A DNA stretch of 64,000 nucleotides, taken from positions 704,001 to 768,000 of the forward strand of contig CAVQEQ010000004.1 in assembly GCA_963711565.1 (NCBI GenBank). Direction: 5' to 3'. The notes below the pieces were generated by a model that saw only the letters and a program-made list of their open reading frames with translations, did no database searches and was not told the origin of the DNA. Source of the stretch: an uncultured delta proteobacterium (GTDB lineage Bacteria; Desulfobacterota; Binatia; Binatales; Binataceae). Positions 1 to 9,916 of this stretch are shown piece after piece (position 1 is the stretch's first letter; every line of letters starts with the position of its first letter). A program made the position numbers and the translations under genes.

Positions 1-366
1 CTTCAAGGGCTCCAGGACGACTTCGTTGTCCGTATAGCCTTCGATCACAATCTGTTTTCCGGCAACACCTTGAAGAGTAGGAACGATCTTGTTCAGCTCT
101 CGTTTTCCGTTCTCACTTAGTTCCCAACCACCTTCCGGGAACAGAATTGCATTGACCATAGTCACCTGCAACCGATTCTGCAGCTGCTTGACTTCCACCT
201 GGTCGGCGCTCACTTCGGCCTGCAGATTCTGGTTGAGTTGCTTGTAGGTGTTGTCCATGTAGGTCAAGTGTTGTACCTGCTGGACTTCCTGGTTGTACTG
301 TTGCTGCGGCACACAGCCTGCCACGAGCAGTAGAGCCAGCAGTGCGACGAGTTTTCTGTCCCTCAT
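1..366 (-). CDS. OmpA/MotB-family lipoprotein (5' part; runs off window start)
   Basis: Manual translation from ATG at 366: MRDRKLVALLALLLVAGC (lipobox), coiled coil, then ILFPEGGWELS...IVIEGYTDN, typical of the OmpA/MotB C-terminal domain. Not in the ORF track because no stop lies in the window. Confidence 0.8.
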   Translation of the reverse strand, partial: MRDRKLVALLALLLVAGCVPQQQYNQEVQQVQHLTYMDNTYKQLNQNLQAEVSADQVEVKQLQNRLQVTMVNAILFPEGGWELSENGKRELNKIVPTLQGVAGKQIVIEGYTDNEVVLEPLK

Positions 367-466
367 TTGATCCTCGATTCAGAAAGTTGATAGCTTCTAA
401 TTATCGTCACGCGGTCCGGGCGACGCGCGGCCTATGATAGGCCGCCCGTCCAAGTTGCCAGTTGAG

Positions 467-2146
467 CTATTCGCCTTCGTGCTGCTTGATCGCTTCGTCG
501 ATCTTGGTCTTTATCGCCGACAGGTTGAAAGACGCGGGCGCTTGCATAGGAGGATAGTCGATCGCGGTCATCGCGAGCTTGCCCACGTATTGTTGCACCA
601 TCACGAAACGCCAGAATTCACGCGCATAGAAATCGTTCAAGTAGCCTCCACCCATATCGTTCGTGGTTTCACCCCGGACAGCCGGCGTGCGCTCGAACGG
701 GTCTTGCCGGAGGTTTACGATGGTAGGCATGTCGGTTGAAACCTTCTCGCCTGGCCAGCCGTATGGCTGCTGGTAGAACTGGTACTTGAAGTCATCGATG
801 CGGACGGCGCCCAGTTGTGCGCCGCCGAAATAGAAAATCTCGTGGCGTTTGGACGGCCCTGTGCCGTTCAGCAGAGCGAGCTGGTTGTAGCCGTCGAGGT
901 GATTCTTGTATTCACGATCGCCGAGGGTCACTCCCGTCAAGAGCTGCTTGGTAATGTCGGGATTGCCGGCAGCCGCAGCGAGCGTGGGCAGCCAATCGAG
1001 CCCGGAGAAGATGCCGTTCTCGACCGCGCCAGGCTTGACGTGTCCCGGCCAACGGACAATCGCAGGAACGCGGAAGCCACCCTCAAAAACAGTGCCCTTG
1101 GTGGCTCGGAAGGGCGTCATGCCGCCGTCCGGCCAGGTGAAGACTTCGGCACCGTTGTCGGTGGTGAAAATCACGATGGTATTGTCAGCCTCGCCGATGT
1201 CTTCGATATGCTTCAGGATCTCGCCGACGCTATCATCCATCTGCGCCATGCCGGCTTCTTCTACATTGTAGTTATCCTTTGCGTCCATGATGGCCTGGTA
1301 CTTCGGCGGCAGGTAGGTAAAGACGTGCATGCGGGTGGTGTTATGCCAGATGAAGAACGGCTTGCCGTCGCTCTTGGCCTTGTCCATGAAGCGGTTGGTG
1401 TTCTGGACTAGCACGTCGTCGAAAGTTTCCATGTCGTACTTGGCTTTGCGACCTTCCTGCCAGTTCTGCATGTCCTTCATATTGGGAAATGGGGCCAAAG
1501 GTCCCTCATCCACGATCTTCTGTTTGCCGACCTTGCCCCAGCGCGGCATAACGGTTGCGTCATCAGTCTCGGACGCCCAGCAGTGCGTTAGGTTGCGCGG
1601 TCCAGTCTTGTCTATCCATTCCTGCGGATAGTCGAACCAATACGGATCAGACATCGCGTCGAGGTGGTACAAGTAGCCGAAGAATTCGTCAAAGCCGTGT
1701 ACGCATGGCAGGTACTTGTTCAGATCTCCGAGATGGTTTTTCCCGAACTGGGCAGTTTCGTAGCCCTGCGCCTTTAGAACGGTGGCGAGTGTGACGGCTC
1801 GATCCGGCAATCCTACGTCCGCCCCGGCCTGCCCAACAGTCGTTAAGCCCGTCCTGATAGGCAGCTCGCCAGTAATGAAGTTGGCGCGCCCAGCCGTGCA
1901 GCTTGCTTCGGCGTAGTAATCGGTAAACATCATGCCCTGGGAGGCAAGCTTGTCGAGGTTAGGCGTCTTCCCCGACATGATTCCACGATGATAGGCCCCG
2001 ATGTTAAACCAACCAACGTCATCGCCCATGATGACTACGATGTTGGGTTTCTTGTCCTGAGCCCAGGCCGAGTGTGCAGCCGACAAGCCGACTATCGCGC
2101 CTACAATTAGTGCGGTCGCGAAATATTTAGTGTTGCAAACACGCAT
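467..2146 (-). CDS. Secreted arylsulfatase
   Basis: Signal peptide; KPNIVVIMGDDVG, SCTAGRA (Cys-type CxAxR formylglycine motif), GKNHLG, FTTDNG, KGTVFEGGFRVP. Confidence 0.95.
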   Translation of the reverse strand: MRVCNTKYFATALIVGAIVGLSAAHSAWAQDKKPNIVVIMGDDVGWFNIGAYHRGIMSGKTPNLDKLASQGMMFTDYYAEASCTAGRANFITGELPIRTGLTTVGQAGADVGLPDRAVTLATVLKAQGYETAQFGKNHLGDLNKYLPCVHGFDEFFGYLYHLDAMSDPYWFDYPQEWIDKTGPRNLTHCWASETDDATVMPRWGKVGKQKIVDEGPLAPFPNMKDMQNWQEGRKAKYDMETFDDVLVQNTNRFMDKAKSDGKPFFIWHNTTRMHVFTYLPPKYQAIMDAKDNYNVEEAGMAQMDDSVGEILKHIEDIGEADNTIVIFTTDNGAEVFTWPDGGMTPFRATKGTVFEGGFRVPAIVRWPGHVKPGAVENGIFSGLDWLPTLAAAAGNPDITKQLLTGVTLGDREYKNHLDGYNQLALLNGTGPSKRHEIFYFGGAQLGAVRIDDFKYQFYQQPYGWPGEKVSTDMPTIVNLRQDPFERTPAVRGETTNDMGGGYLNDFYAREFWRFVMVQQYVGKLAMTAIDYPPMQAPASFNLSAIKTKIDEAIKQHEGE

Positions 2147-2194
2147 AGAATGCTCCGTATGTTGTGGGCTCCCGGGGCCCTTTAAAGAACAATC

Positions 2195-2941
2195 CTAGCT
2201 CTGCGTTGCCTTTCCCTGCAGTTGCAGGATGCGATTTGGAATTTTCTGCGACCAGTAGTCCATCGCGTTCTGCGCGTCGCCCCATTGGAATGAAGCTGCG
2301 CTCTTGATACCCATGCCACCGGCGCGCTGATCGACTGCTTCGGCTAGCAGTTGGCCAGTGACGGAGTCAGTCAGCTTCATTTCGGCTTCGGCCGATCCTA
2401 CAAACGCGTAGCTGTCAGTCGCCATCGACTGAGCAAGGTTGAGCACGCGGGCTTGCGGAACAATTACCGAGATAGTGCGCAGGCCAGGAACCGCAGTCGT
2501 CGCGTCCATCAGCGCCACCCGCAAGGTCATCACGCCGGGACCCGGCTGATCGACAAGGGTGAAGCTCTTGGACAGGTTGGTCTGGAGTTGGTTGTAGAAG
2601 TATTCGGTCAGCGTAGCCTGGTCTGCTGCCGATACTTTCGAATCGGCGGCGGCCCAGAACTCAACCGGCATCAGCTGTATCTTGGTATAGCTGCTCCATT
2701 GAGCGTTTGGATTAATCCACGCTAGCGCGGCGCCACCCTCCGGGCCGGGCGCCAACCTCGACGCATCAGGACCGAGAAATCCCGTGACTGCACTGGGCAG
2801 CGGTCCCCCCGATTCCACTGCTTGTGCAGCCGCCGGCGCGCTCGCAACCGTCGTCGAGCATCCCGAGGTGAACAGCGCTGCAGCCAAACCTGCCGCGGCG
2901 AGGCCGGTTACCATCTTCTGTGCCAAATTTTTGGTGATCAT
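2195..2941 (-). CDS. DUF3313-family lipoprotein
   Basis: Lipobox-like FTSGC; GFLG...LAWINP...YTKIQL...EMKLTDSVTGQLLAEAVDQRAG pattern. Confidence 0.75.
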   Translation of the reverse strand: MITKNLAQKMVTGLAAAGLAAALFTSGCSTTVASAPAAAQAVESGGPLPSAVTGFLGPDASRLAPGPEGGAALAWINPNAQWSSYTKIQLMPVEFWAAADSKVSAADQATLTEYFYNQLQTNLSKSFTLVDQPGPGVMTLRVALMDATTAVPGLRTISVIVPQARVLNLAQSMATDSYAFVGSAEAEMKLTDSVTGQLLAEAVDQRAGGMGIKSAASFQWGDAQNAMDYWSQKIPNRILQLQGKATQS

Positions 2942-3005
2942 TCATTTCCTCCGTAATCTTGGCTCTTGCCAGTTCAATAAGTTTCCGAAACCAAAATCTC
3001 ACGCT

Positions 3006-4367
3006 CTATTGCTGTGCAGACTGGACATTCCAGCCCTTGTCACCCAGTTGCTGACGCGCGAGTGGCGTCATTCCGCCGGTGATCAAAAGAACTCGGTTCT
3101 GCATTCCCAGCAATTGGGGATCAGTCGCAAATCCCGCGATGCGCTGGGTCCATGACAGGTAATCGACTGGGGCCGGCAGTATAGTGGCTCCGTTCTGATC
3201 GTTTGCAACCAGCACTCCCGGAGCCTGAATCGCCGCGATAGGAGCTTGCCGCTGGCCCCATTGATTAAGCATGTGCAACGAAGTGACGAGAAACCGCGCC
3301 TGGTATTCGGTCATTACGTTGCCAATAGCGACAGCCGCCGCGTGACGCCCCGGGATGTGGCCGAGCGCCTCGAGCTCTTTGACCGCGTCAACTTGCACAC
3401 TCAGCGGAATCGCGGTGTTGGTGCTGAAGGTTACTATCTCTTCCTGCGATAGACCAAAACTCTTCAGCTTCTTTTGAACAAGGATGATGAGGTCTGCTCT
3501 CGGTGTCTGATAGACGAGGTCGTTGGTGACTGTGACGGCGGTGATAATTATTGAACCCGGCACTGCCATCATGGCCGCAGACACCGTCATGCGGGCTGAG
3601 AACATGACCCATGCAACGTGGTTCAGCTTCTTGGTGAGAATCGGATCGGAGCTGTACGGATCGACGTGCAGCTCATGCGCGAGCTGGCGACGCACCTGGT
3701 CATAGCCCAGTGCGGTGAGGGTAGCATTGCCGGCCTGACCGGCGGCTTTGCCGCTGCCAAAGGAATTCGCAGCCGACGAAGCTATTTGTCCGGCGCCGAG
3801 ACTTACTCGGCCAAACAAATCTCCAACTCCACCCGGCAGCCCGGTAACCGTATCCATCGGATGCATTACCATGTTCGCAGCGGCATTCACGGGACGTAAG
3901 GCGCTGCTGGCCAGTGCCTGGGCGAACACGCTGCTATTACTCATACCATCGAGCTGAACGATCGCCGGAATCTCGGATAGGCGTATCTTCAGCATATCGA
4001 GGCTTTCGACGTAGTAAGTACCGGCGTCGTCATGAAAGACACTCGGGTCGGCCACGATGGTGTATTGACCCATTGCGCCATTGGTGGGCGCCTGTGGTTG
4101 AACCGAAAATCCTTGCCCCGAGAGAGGAGTACCGGGCATCAAGTCGGCCACATTGACGATCGGCGGCTCTTCGTACTGTCCTCCGACGGCTATTTGCGGC
4201 GGTTGTACGCTCGCCATCGGCGGAGGCGGCGCCTGTCCGATCGGTGCCTGCACGGCTTGGTTGGGCGCAGGAGGAGTTGTCTGAGAGCAACTCACCAGCA
4301 AAAGTCCGGCGAGTAGAACAGATAGCAAGCTCGATGCGCCCTTCATACTTCTGTAGTTCAGATTCAT
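3006..4367 (-). CDS. Hypothetical lipoprotein
   Basis: 453 aa ORF with lipobox LLVSC and a Pro-rich linker, co-oriented with the DUF3313 and sulfatase genes. Confidence 0.75.
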   Translation of the reverse strand: MNLNYRSMKGASSLLSVLLAGLLLVSCSQTTPPAPNQAVQAPIGQAPPPPMASVQPPQIAVGGQYEEPPIVNVADLMPGTPLSGQGFSVQPQAPTNGAMGQYTIVADPSVFHDDAGTYYVESLDMLKIRLSEIPAIVQLDGMSNSSVFAQALASSALRPVNAAANMVMHPMDTVTGLPGGVGDLFGRVSLGAGQIASSAANSFGSGKAAGQAGNATLTALGYDQVRRQLAHELHVDPYSSDPILTKKLNHVAWVMFSARMTVSAAMMAVPGSIIITAVTVTNDLVYQTPRADLIILVQKKLKSFGLSQEEIVTFSTNTAIPLSVQVDAVKELEALGHIPGRHAAAVAIGNVMTEYQARFLVTSLHMLNQWGQRQAPIAAIQAPGVLVANDQNGATILPAPVDYLSWTQRIAGFATDPQLLGMQNRVLLITGGMTPLARQQLGDKGWNVQSAQQ

Positions 4368-4540
4368 TCTCTCCTCAGAGTGCTTCTTTTCACTGCCGCG
4401 TTTCTGAATCGGCGCGCTTGCAGTTCTACGCCAGCGGCTGTCGCCTCCGGTCTGTTTTGTAACCCACCGCCGCGAACGACGTATGACATTTCGGCTTTCA
4501 CTGGCTCGCCCAAGATTCGTCCATTTCTCCGGGGAGCGAT

Positions 4541-4558
4541 ATTGTACTTTGGTACAAT
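4541..4558. promoter_or_regulatory. Palindromic operator ATTGTAC-N4-GTACAAT (copy 1)
   Basis: Perfect 7-4-7 inverted repeat in a divergent intergenic region; 21 bp identical to 14301-14321. Confidence 0.7.
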
Positions 4559-4578
4559 AGCCGGGCGGAGCGCGTGCG

Positions 4579-5043
4579 ATGCACAGTGTTGTTGCAAAGA
4601 ACCGTGCGGCTGACGGGCGATCCGTTCACGCACGGAGGCGGTATCGTCAGTTGTGGAAAAAACCGGCGGCCACAGTGATTGTGGTAGATGATGACGCGTC
4701 CGTCCGCCGGGCGCTGCGAAGCCAATTGCAGATTATAGGATTCAACGTACTGGACTTTGAAAGCGCGGAAGAGTTCCTGGCGAGCGAAGTTCCAACTGAC
4801 GACGCATGTTTGTTGCTGGACGTTTACATGCCGGCGATGACGGGGATCGAACTATGCCGGAAATTAACGGAGTCAGGACGGCGCCTGCCGACTATTCTGA
4901 TCAGCGGCCGTGACGATCCGCAGACCAGGAAAATGATGCACGCGGCGAACCCGATCGCGAGCTTGCTCAAGCCGTTCGACGAAAAAACCCTTCTGCGGGC
5001 TATTAGGAAGGCGCTACCCAATCAGATGAAATTGCCGCATTAA
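4579..5043 (+). CDS. Stand-alone response regulator receiver protein
   Basis: VVDDD, LLDVYMP, ISG, LLKPF motifs; start codon uncertain. Confidence 0.85.
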   Translation: MHSVVAKNRAADGRSVHARRRYRQLWKKPAATVIVVDDDASVRRALRSQLQIIGFNVLDFESAEEFLASEVPTDDACLLLDVYMPAMTGIELCRKLTESGRRLPTILISGRDDPQTRKMMHAANPIASLLKPFDEKTLLRAIRKALPNQMKLPH

Positions 5044-5252
5044 GTGCCATCGGCGGCGCTATAGTGGCAAACAGTCCATTCATTAAATCCCGGTGAACCC
5101 CGATTTGCCGGTCTCCCTCAGCGATTTGCTCTCGCTTTCTTGTGAATCCATATTGTATGGTTTCGTGCCGAGAGGATCAGTTCCGCCGCCGCTAGAATTT
5201 CCCTATCCCGGTCCGGATCCCAGACAGGGCACGGTTTCCGCTTTTCGCGTAT

Positions 5253-6599
5253 ATGCAACGTCGAGCCACCAGTGCCACAATCGAGCCAAAGCGCGACAGA
5301 ACGGCGCGCGTCGGCCGCGAACGTCGGGAGGCTGCGCGCTTCGAATCACTTGTCGGCGAACTATCGGCGGCGATGGCCCGAGTGCCAGCCGAGGAAGTCG
5401 ATGTCGAAATCGAGCGATGGTTGGGGAAGATCTGCTTGGCCCTGGACCTGGACCGGAGCGCCGTCTACGAGCGCGATTCGCCGGACGATCCGGTACGTGC
5501 AACGCATACCTGGGTTAGACCGAATTTTCCCGCCTTTCCACGAAACTATGATCCGGAGAAGCTCCTTCAGCGAAGTACCCAGTTGGTCATGTCGGGAAAA
5601 ATGCTTGTGTTCGCACGTCCAAGTGAGATTCCAGCTGAAAACAGAGATACAAGGCGCTTTGTAGAGCGATACGGACCCAAGGCTTCCGCGGCGATCCCGA
5701 TGTGGGCCGGTGGCAAAGTCATCGGAGCGGCGACTTTCGGCAAGTTTCGATCAGCTCGGAAATGGCCGCTTGAGGTGCTCGATAACCTCGCGCTGGCGGC
5801 GCGACTGTTCGGAAGCGCGATCGAGCGCAAGCAAGCCGAGATTGCAATCGGGGCGGTTCGCAGTGAGCTCAGGTTCGCTTCGCGGCGCAATTTGATGAGC
5901 GAACTGGTCGCTTCGCTGTCGCATGAAATCAACCAGCCGCTGGGCGCGATTTTGAGCAACCTCGGCGGTCTCGCGCGCTTGCTTGCCCGGGGAAATCCGG
6001 AGCCCGCGATGGCTCTGGAAGCAGTCAACAACGCAGTTGAAGACACCAAGCGCACGGCTGAAATCGTCCGCCGAATCCGCTTCATGTTCAAGCGACACGT
6101 CGAGCACAAGACCGCGATTGGCATCGGCGGATTGATCGACGAAGTGGTTAAGTTGACTGCCGGCGAGGCTTCCGTCCGGAAGATCGCCGTGCAGGTCGAG
6201 ATCTCGCCCCCTGGTCAGCGGGTTACTGGCGACTCGATCCAGCTGCAGCAGTGCGTGTTAAATCTCGTGATGAACGCATTCGATGCGATCACAGAGGCCG
6301 GGCCTGCTCGACGCGACGTGGCAATCAAGGTGGCTCCGGAAAAGATCGGATGGGTCGGGGTGAGCATATGCGATAGCGGCACCGGAATTGCCCCTGCCGT
6401 CGCGAAACGTCTGTTCGAGCCGTTCGTTACGACCAAGAGCGAAGGAATGGGATTGGGCCTGCTCGTGACCCGATCGATAGTGGAGAGCCACGGCGGCAGA
6501 ATCTGGGCATCGCCGAATCCCGACCAGGGGACCACGTTTACGTTCACGCTCCCGGTCGCACAGACGAAACGAGCTGGTGCATCGAGACGCATCGGCTGA
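5253..6599 (+). CDS. GAF-domain sensor histidine kinase
   Basis: GAF-like N-terminus, H-box SLSHEINQPL, N-box NLVMNAFDA, DSGTG, FEPFVTTK, GMGLGL. Confidence 0.92.
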   Translation: MQRRATSATIEPKRDRTARVGRERREAARFESLVGELSAAMARVPAEEVDVEIERWLGKICLALDLDRSAVYERDSPDDPVRATHTWVRPNFPAFPRNYDPEKLLQRSTQLVMSGKMLVFARPSEIPAENRDTRRFVERYGPKASAAIPMWAGGKVIGAATFGKFRSARKWPLEVLDNLALAARLFGSAIERKQAEIAIGAVRSELRFASRRNLMSELVASLSHEINQPLGAILSNLGGLARLLARGNPEPAMALEAVNNAVEDTKRTAEIVRRIRFMFKRHVEHKTAIGIGGLIDEVVKLTAGEASVRKIAVQVEISPPGQRVTGDSIQLQQCVLNLVMNAFDAITEAGPARRDVAIKVAPEKIGWVGVSICDSGTGIAPAVAKRLFEPFVTTKSEGMGLGLLVTRSIVESHGGRIWASPNPDQGTTFTFTLPVAQTKRAGASRRIG

Positions 6600-6649
6600 A
6601 CGTATCGTACAGGGGGTCATCAACCCCGGTGTCTGTTTCGTTGAGGCGT

Positions 6650-7339
6650 TCAGTTGGAGTGAATCTGGAGGATCCCGGCCATTCGCACCAGGTCGGCCAG
6701 CGAGCTGGCGCGCATTTTGTTCATTACGCTTGCGCGATGCGCCTTCACGGTTCGTTCGGTTGTTCCCAGTTCAGCGGCGACTTGCTTGTTCAACAAGCCG
6801 GAGATTATCAGTGCGAAGACTTCGCGTTCGCGAGAGGTCAGGGAGCGTTGCAGCGCTTCAAGTTCGATGAGCTGCGACCGCTCGGCGCGCCGTTTGCGCG
6901 AAAGATCGGCGCCTCGGGCGATGGAACTCAGCAGGGCTTGATCGTCAACCGGCTTTTCGAGGAAATCCACTGCCCCTTTTCTCATTGCGTGCATCCCGAG
7001 AGACAGATCGCCGCGACCGGTGATGAAAACGATAGACGCGTACGGAATGGTGCGGTTGAGTTCCTCCTGAAGCTGGAGCCCGTTCATCTTCGGCAGATAA
7101 ACGTCCGCCACGACGCAATCGAATTCTTTTGCATCGGGAGCCTCGAGAAGTTCCTCGGCCGATGTGTAAGCGGTGACCTCAAAGCCAGCGGTGCTGAGTT
7201 GGAACGACAGGGCCTGCCGCGCGCTCTCGTCGTCCTCGATAATGGCGACCCTGATCTGTTTAGTGGTCGGATCGGTGATGTCCCCGACATCTTCCGATCT
7301 TCCAATTTGAGGTCCAACGCGAGTCCTGGCGATCGGCAC
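6650..7339 (-). CDS. FixJ/LuxR-family response regulator
   Basis: Receiver domain plus LTSREREV...GLLNKQVAAELGTTERTVKAHRASVMNKM HTH. Confidence 0.93.
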   Translation of the reverse strand: MPIARTRVGPQIGRSEDVGDITDPTTKQIRVAIIEDDESARQALSFQLSTAGFEVTAYTSAEELLEAPDAKEFDCVVADVYLPKMNGLQLQEELNRTIPYASIVFITGRGDLSLGMHAMRKGAVDFLEKPVDDQALLSSIARGADLSRKRRAERSQLIELEALQRSLTSREREVFALIISGLLNKQVAAELGTTERTVKAHRASVMNKMRASSLADLVRMAGILQIHSN

Positions 7340-7409
7340 TATTCTTCCTCCCCAAACACTTCCCGATGAGATCTGACGAATTAGTCCAAATCGTTGACGG
7401 AATCGAGCA

Positions 7410-7427
7410 ATTGGACTTTGGTCACAT
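7410..7427. promoter_or_regulatory. Degenerate copy of the palindromic operator
   Basis: ATTGGACTTTGGTCACAT matches ATTGTACTTTGGTACAAT at 14/18 positions, between the divergent regulator and cytochrome genes. Confidence 0.45.
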
Positions 7428-7480
7428 ATTAAATTCGATCACTGGCCACGGCCCAGAAGATTATTCTGAAGAGTTGAAGG

Positions 7481-9916
7481 TTGAGCAAGAAGAAAAAGCC
7501 TCGGAACAAGCGGTCAATCGCCGGGGCCACCGGAAAGATCGCGGCGCGAGCGCAACCTTCCGCAGCGTCACCAAGGTTTCGACTGCGGCCCTTGGCGTGG
7601 CTGCTGCCAATAGTCGCGCTGTCAATCGTCGCGGTCGTGTTCCTGACTCGGCGGACGCACGAATCCGTAAGCCCGGTCGCGACGATACCGCCCGTGATGC
7701 TCGATGCTAAATTCGTCGGTGCGGCCCAATGCGCGACCTGTCACGAGCAAGAGAATGCGCTCTGGCGCGGATCGCATCATCAACTGGCGATGCAACCGGC
7801 GGTGGATTCAACGGTCCTGGGCGACTTCAATCATGCGAGCTTCGATAACAACGGCGTCACGTCGAGCTTCTACCGTAGTGGCTCCAAGTTCATGGTACGT
7901 ACCGACGGCCCGGACGGCGCCCTTCATGACTACGAAATCGAGTACACGTTCGGCGTTTATCCGCTGCAACAATATCTCATCGCGATGCCGGGCGGACGCT
8001 TGCAGGCGCTGGGGATCGCCTGGGACACGAGGCCGCGCGAGAGCGGCGGCCGGCGGTGGTTCTCTCTGTATCCCGGACAGAAGATCACGCCGCGGGACTC
8101 CCGGCACTGGACCGGCATCGATCAGAACTGGAATTACATGTGCGCCGATTGCCATTCGACCAATCTGCGCAAGAACTACGACGCTCGCGCGCGCACGTTT
8201 TCCACTTCCTATTCGGAGATCGATGTGTCGTGCGAGGCTTGCCATGGTCCCGGGTCCAATCATGTATCGTGGGCGAAGAAGCAGGGCGATTGGCAGCAAC
8301 TTGACGCGACCGAGGGCCTGACGATCGCGCTTGATGAGCGCAATGGCGTGGCGTGGTCGATCGATCCCGCAGCCGGCAACGCGCGTCGAAGCTCGGCGCG
8401 TAAATCGGAGCGGGAAATTGAGATGTGCGCGCGATGTCATGCGCGACGCGGCGAGATTCACGAAGACTATGTGCATGGTCAGCCGGTGGGCGACGATTAT
8501 CGTGTCGCGCTGCTCGATGAAGATCACTATTTCCCCGACGGGCAGATAAAAGAGGAGGACTACGAGTACGGCTCCTTCAGCCAGAGCCGGATGTTCCATG
8601 CAGGCGTGACGTGCAGCGATTGCCACGAACCGCATAGTTCCAAGCTGCGCGGCACGGGAAATGCCTTGTGTTCACAATGTCATCTTGCAGCCAAGTACGA
8701 CTCGCAGCAGCATTACTTGCATCAGTCGGGAACTGCGGGCGCGCAGTGCGTCGATTGCCACATGCCGACGCGTACCTACATGGTCGTCAACGCGCGCCGC
8801 GATCACAGTATTCGCATCCCGCGTCCGGACCTTTCCGTGAGGCTCGGTACTCCCAACGCATGCACCAATTGCCACACCGACAAGTCGGCGAAGTGGGCGT
8901 TGGACCAGGTGAAGAAGTGGTACGGACATACGCCTGAGGGCTTCCAGCAATTTGCGGAAACGCTCAACGCCGGAACGGAGGGCGCACCCGGTTCGCAGCA
9001 AGCGCTCGAACAATTGGTCGCAGACACTGAGCAGCCGGCAATCGCGCGCGCGACCGCGCTATCCTTGCTCGCGGACTACGCTCCGTCGCCAACAGATGCG
9101 GCGGTTCGCGCCGGGGTTGGCGATGATTGGAGCTTGGTACGACGGGCTGCCGCTCATGCGCTTTCCAACAGCGAGCCGGCTGCCAGTGCGAACGTGCTGG
9201 CGCCTCTGCTCAGCGATCCGGTTCGTGCAGTGCGGATCGAAGCCGCGGAAGTGCTGGCAGGGTTGCCCGCGGAGAACCTACCCGCAGATGTTGCCGCCGC
9301 TTTCAGGCACGCCACTGATGAGTACATTGGCGCGCAGCAATTGAACGCGGATCGGCCCGAGGCGCATCTGAACTTGGGCCTGTTGTATGCTAAGCAGAAT
9401 CACTTCGACAAAGCTGAGCAGGAACTTAAGACCGCATTGTCGCTCGACCCGAGCTTTGCGCCGGGCGCCGTTAACCTGGCAGACCTATATCGGGCACAGA
9501 ACCGGGACAACGAGGGGGAACAGGTGCTGACAGACGCTTTGAGTCGGTCGCCGGACGACGCGTCGCTCGAGCATGCGCTGGGTCTGCTCATGGTGCGTCA
9601 GAAGCGTAATGCGCAAGCGCTTGATCTGCTGGGGGCAGCGGCGCGCGGTGCGCCGGACAATGCGCGCTACGCTTACGTCTATGCGGTCGCGCTGAACGAT
9701 GCGGGAAAGACGCACGCGGCAATCGAAACGCTGGAGAGCTCTATCAAGGCGCATCCCTATGACCGCGATTCACTTGCCGCGCTGGTGAACTTCCTGGAAG
9801 AGTCTGGCGATCCCGTCAAGGCGCTCACTTATGCGCAACGATTAGGTGAGCTTGAACCGGGAGACCCACAAGTTCTTCAGATGCTGAAAGAGCTACGAGA
9901 GCATTCACATGGCTGA
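7481..9916 (+). CDS. Membrane-anchored octaheme c-type cytochrome with HEAT/TPR repeats
   Basis: N-terminal TM helix; 8 CXXCH motifs (CATCH, CADCH, CEACH, CARCH, CSDCH, CSQCH, CVDCH, CTNCH); C-terminal helical repeats (AHLNLGLLY...ALSLDP). Confidence 0.9.
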   Translation: MSKKKKPRNKRSIAGATGKIAARAQPSAASPRFRLRPLAWLLPIVALSIVAVVFLTRRTHESVSPVATIPPVMLDAKFVGAAQCATCHEQENALWRGSHHQLAMQPAVDSTVLGDFNHASFDNNGVTSSFYRSGSKFMVRTDGPDGALHDYEIEYTFGVYPLQQYLIAMPGGRLQALGIAWDTRPRESGGRRWFSLYPGQKITPRDSRHWTGIDQNWNYMCADCHSTNLRKNYDARARTFSTSYSEIDVSCEACHGPGSNHVSWAKKQGDWQQLDATEGLTIALDERNGVAWSIDPAAGNARRSSARKSEREIEMCARCHARRGEIHEDYVHGQPVGDDYRVALLDEDHYFPDGQIKEEDYEYGSFSQSRMFHAGVTCSDCHEPHSSKLRGTGNALCSQCHLAAKYDSQQHYLHQSGTAGAQCVDCHMPTRTYMVVNARRDHSIRIPRPDLSVRLGTPNACTNCHTDKSAKWALDQVKKWYGHTPEGFQQFAETLNAGTEGAPGSQQALEQLVADTEQPAIARATALSLLADYAPSPTDAAVRAGVGDDWSLVRRAAAHALSNSEPAASANVLAPLLSDPVRAVRIEAAEVLAGLPAENLPADVAAAFRHATDEYIGAQQLNADRPEAHLNLGLLYAKQNHFDKAEQELKTALSLDPSFAPGAVNLADLYRAQNRDNEGEQVLTDALSRSPDDASLEHALGLLMVRQKRNAQALDLLGAAARGAPDNARYAYVYAVALNDAGKTHAAIETLESSIKAHPYDRDSLAALVNFLEESGDPVKALTYAQRLGELEPGDPQVLQMLKELREHSHG

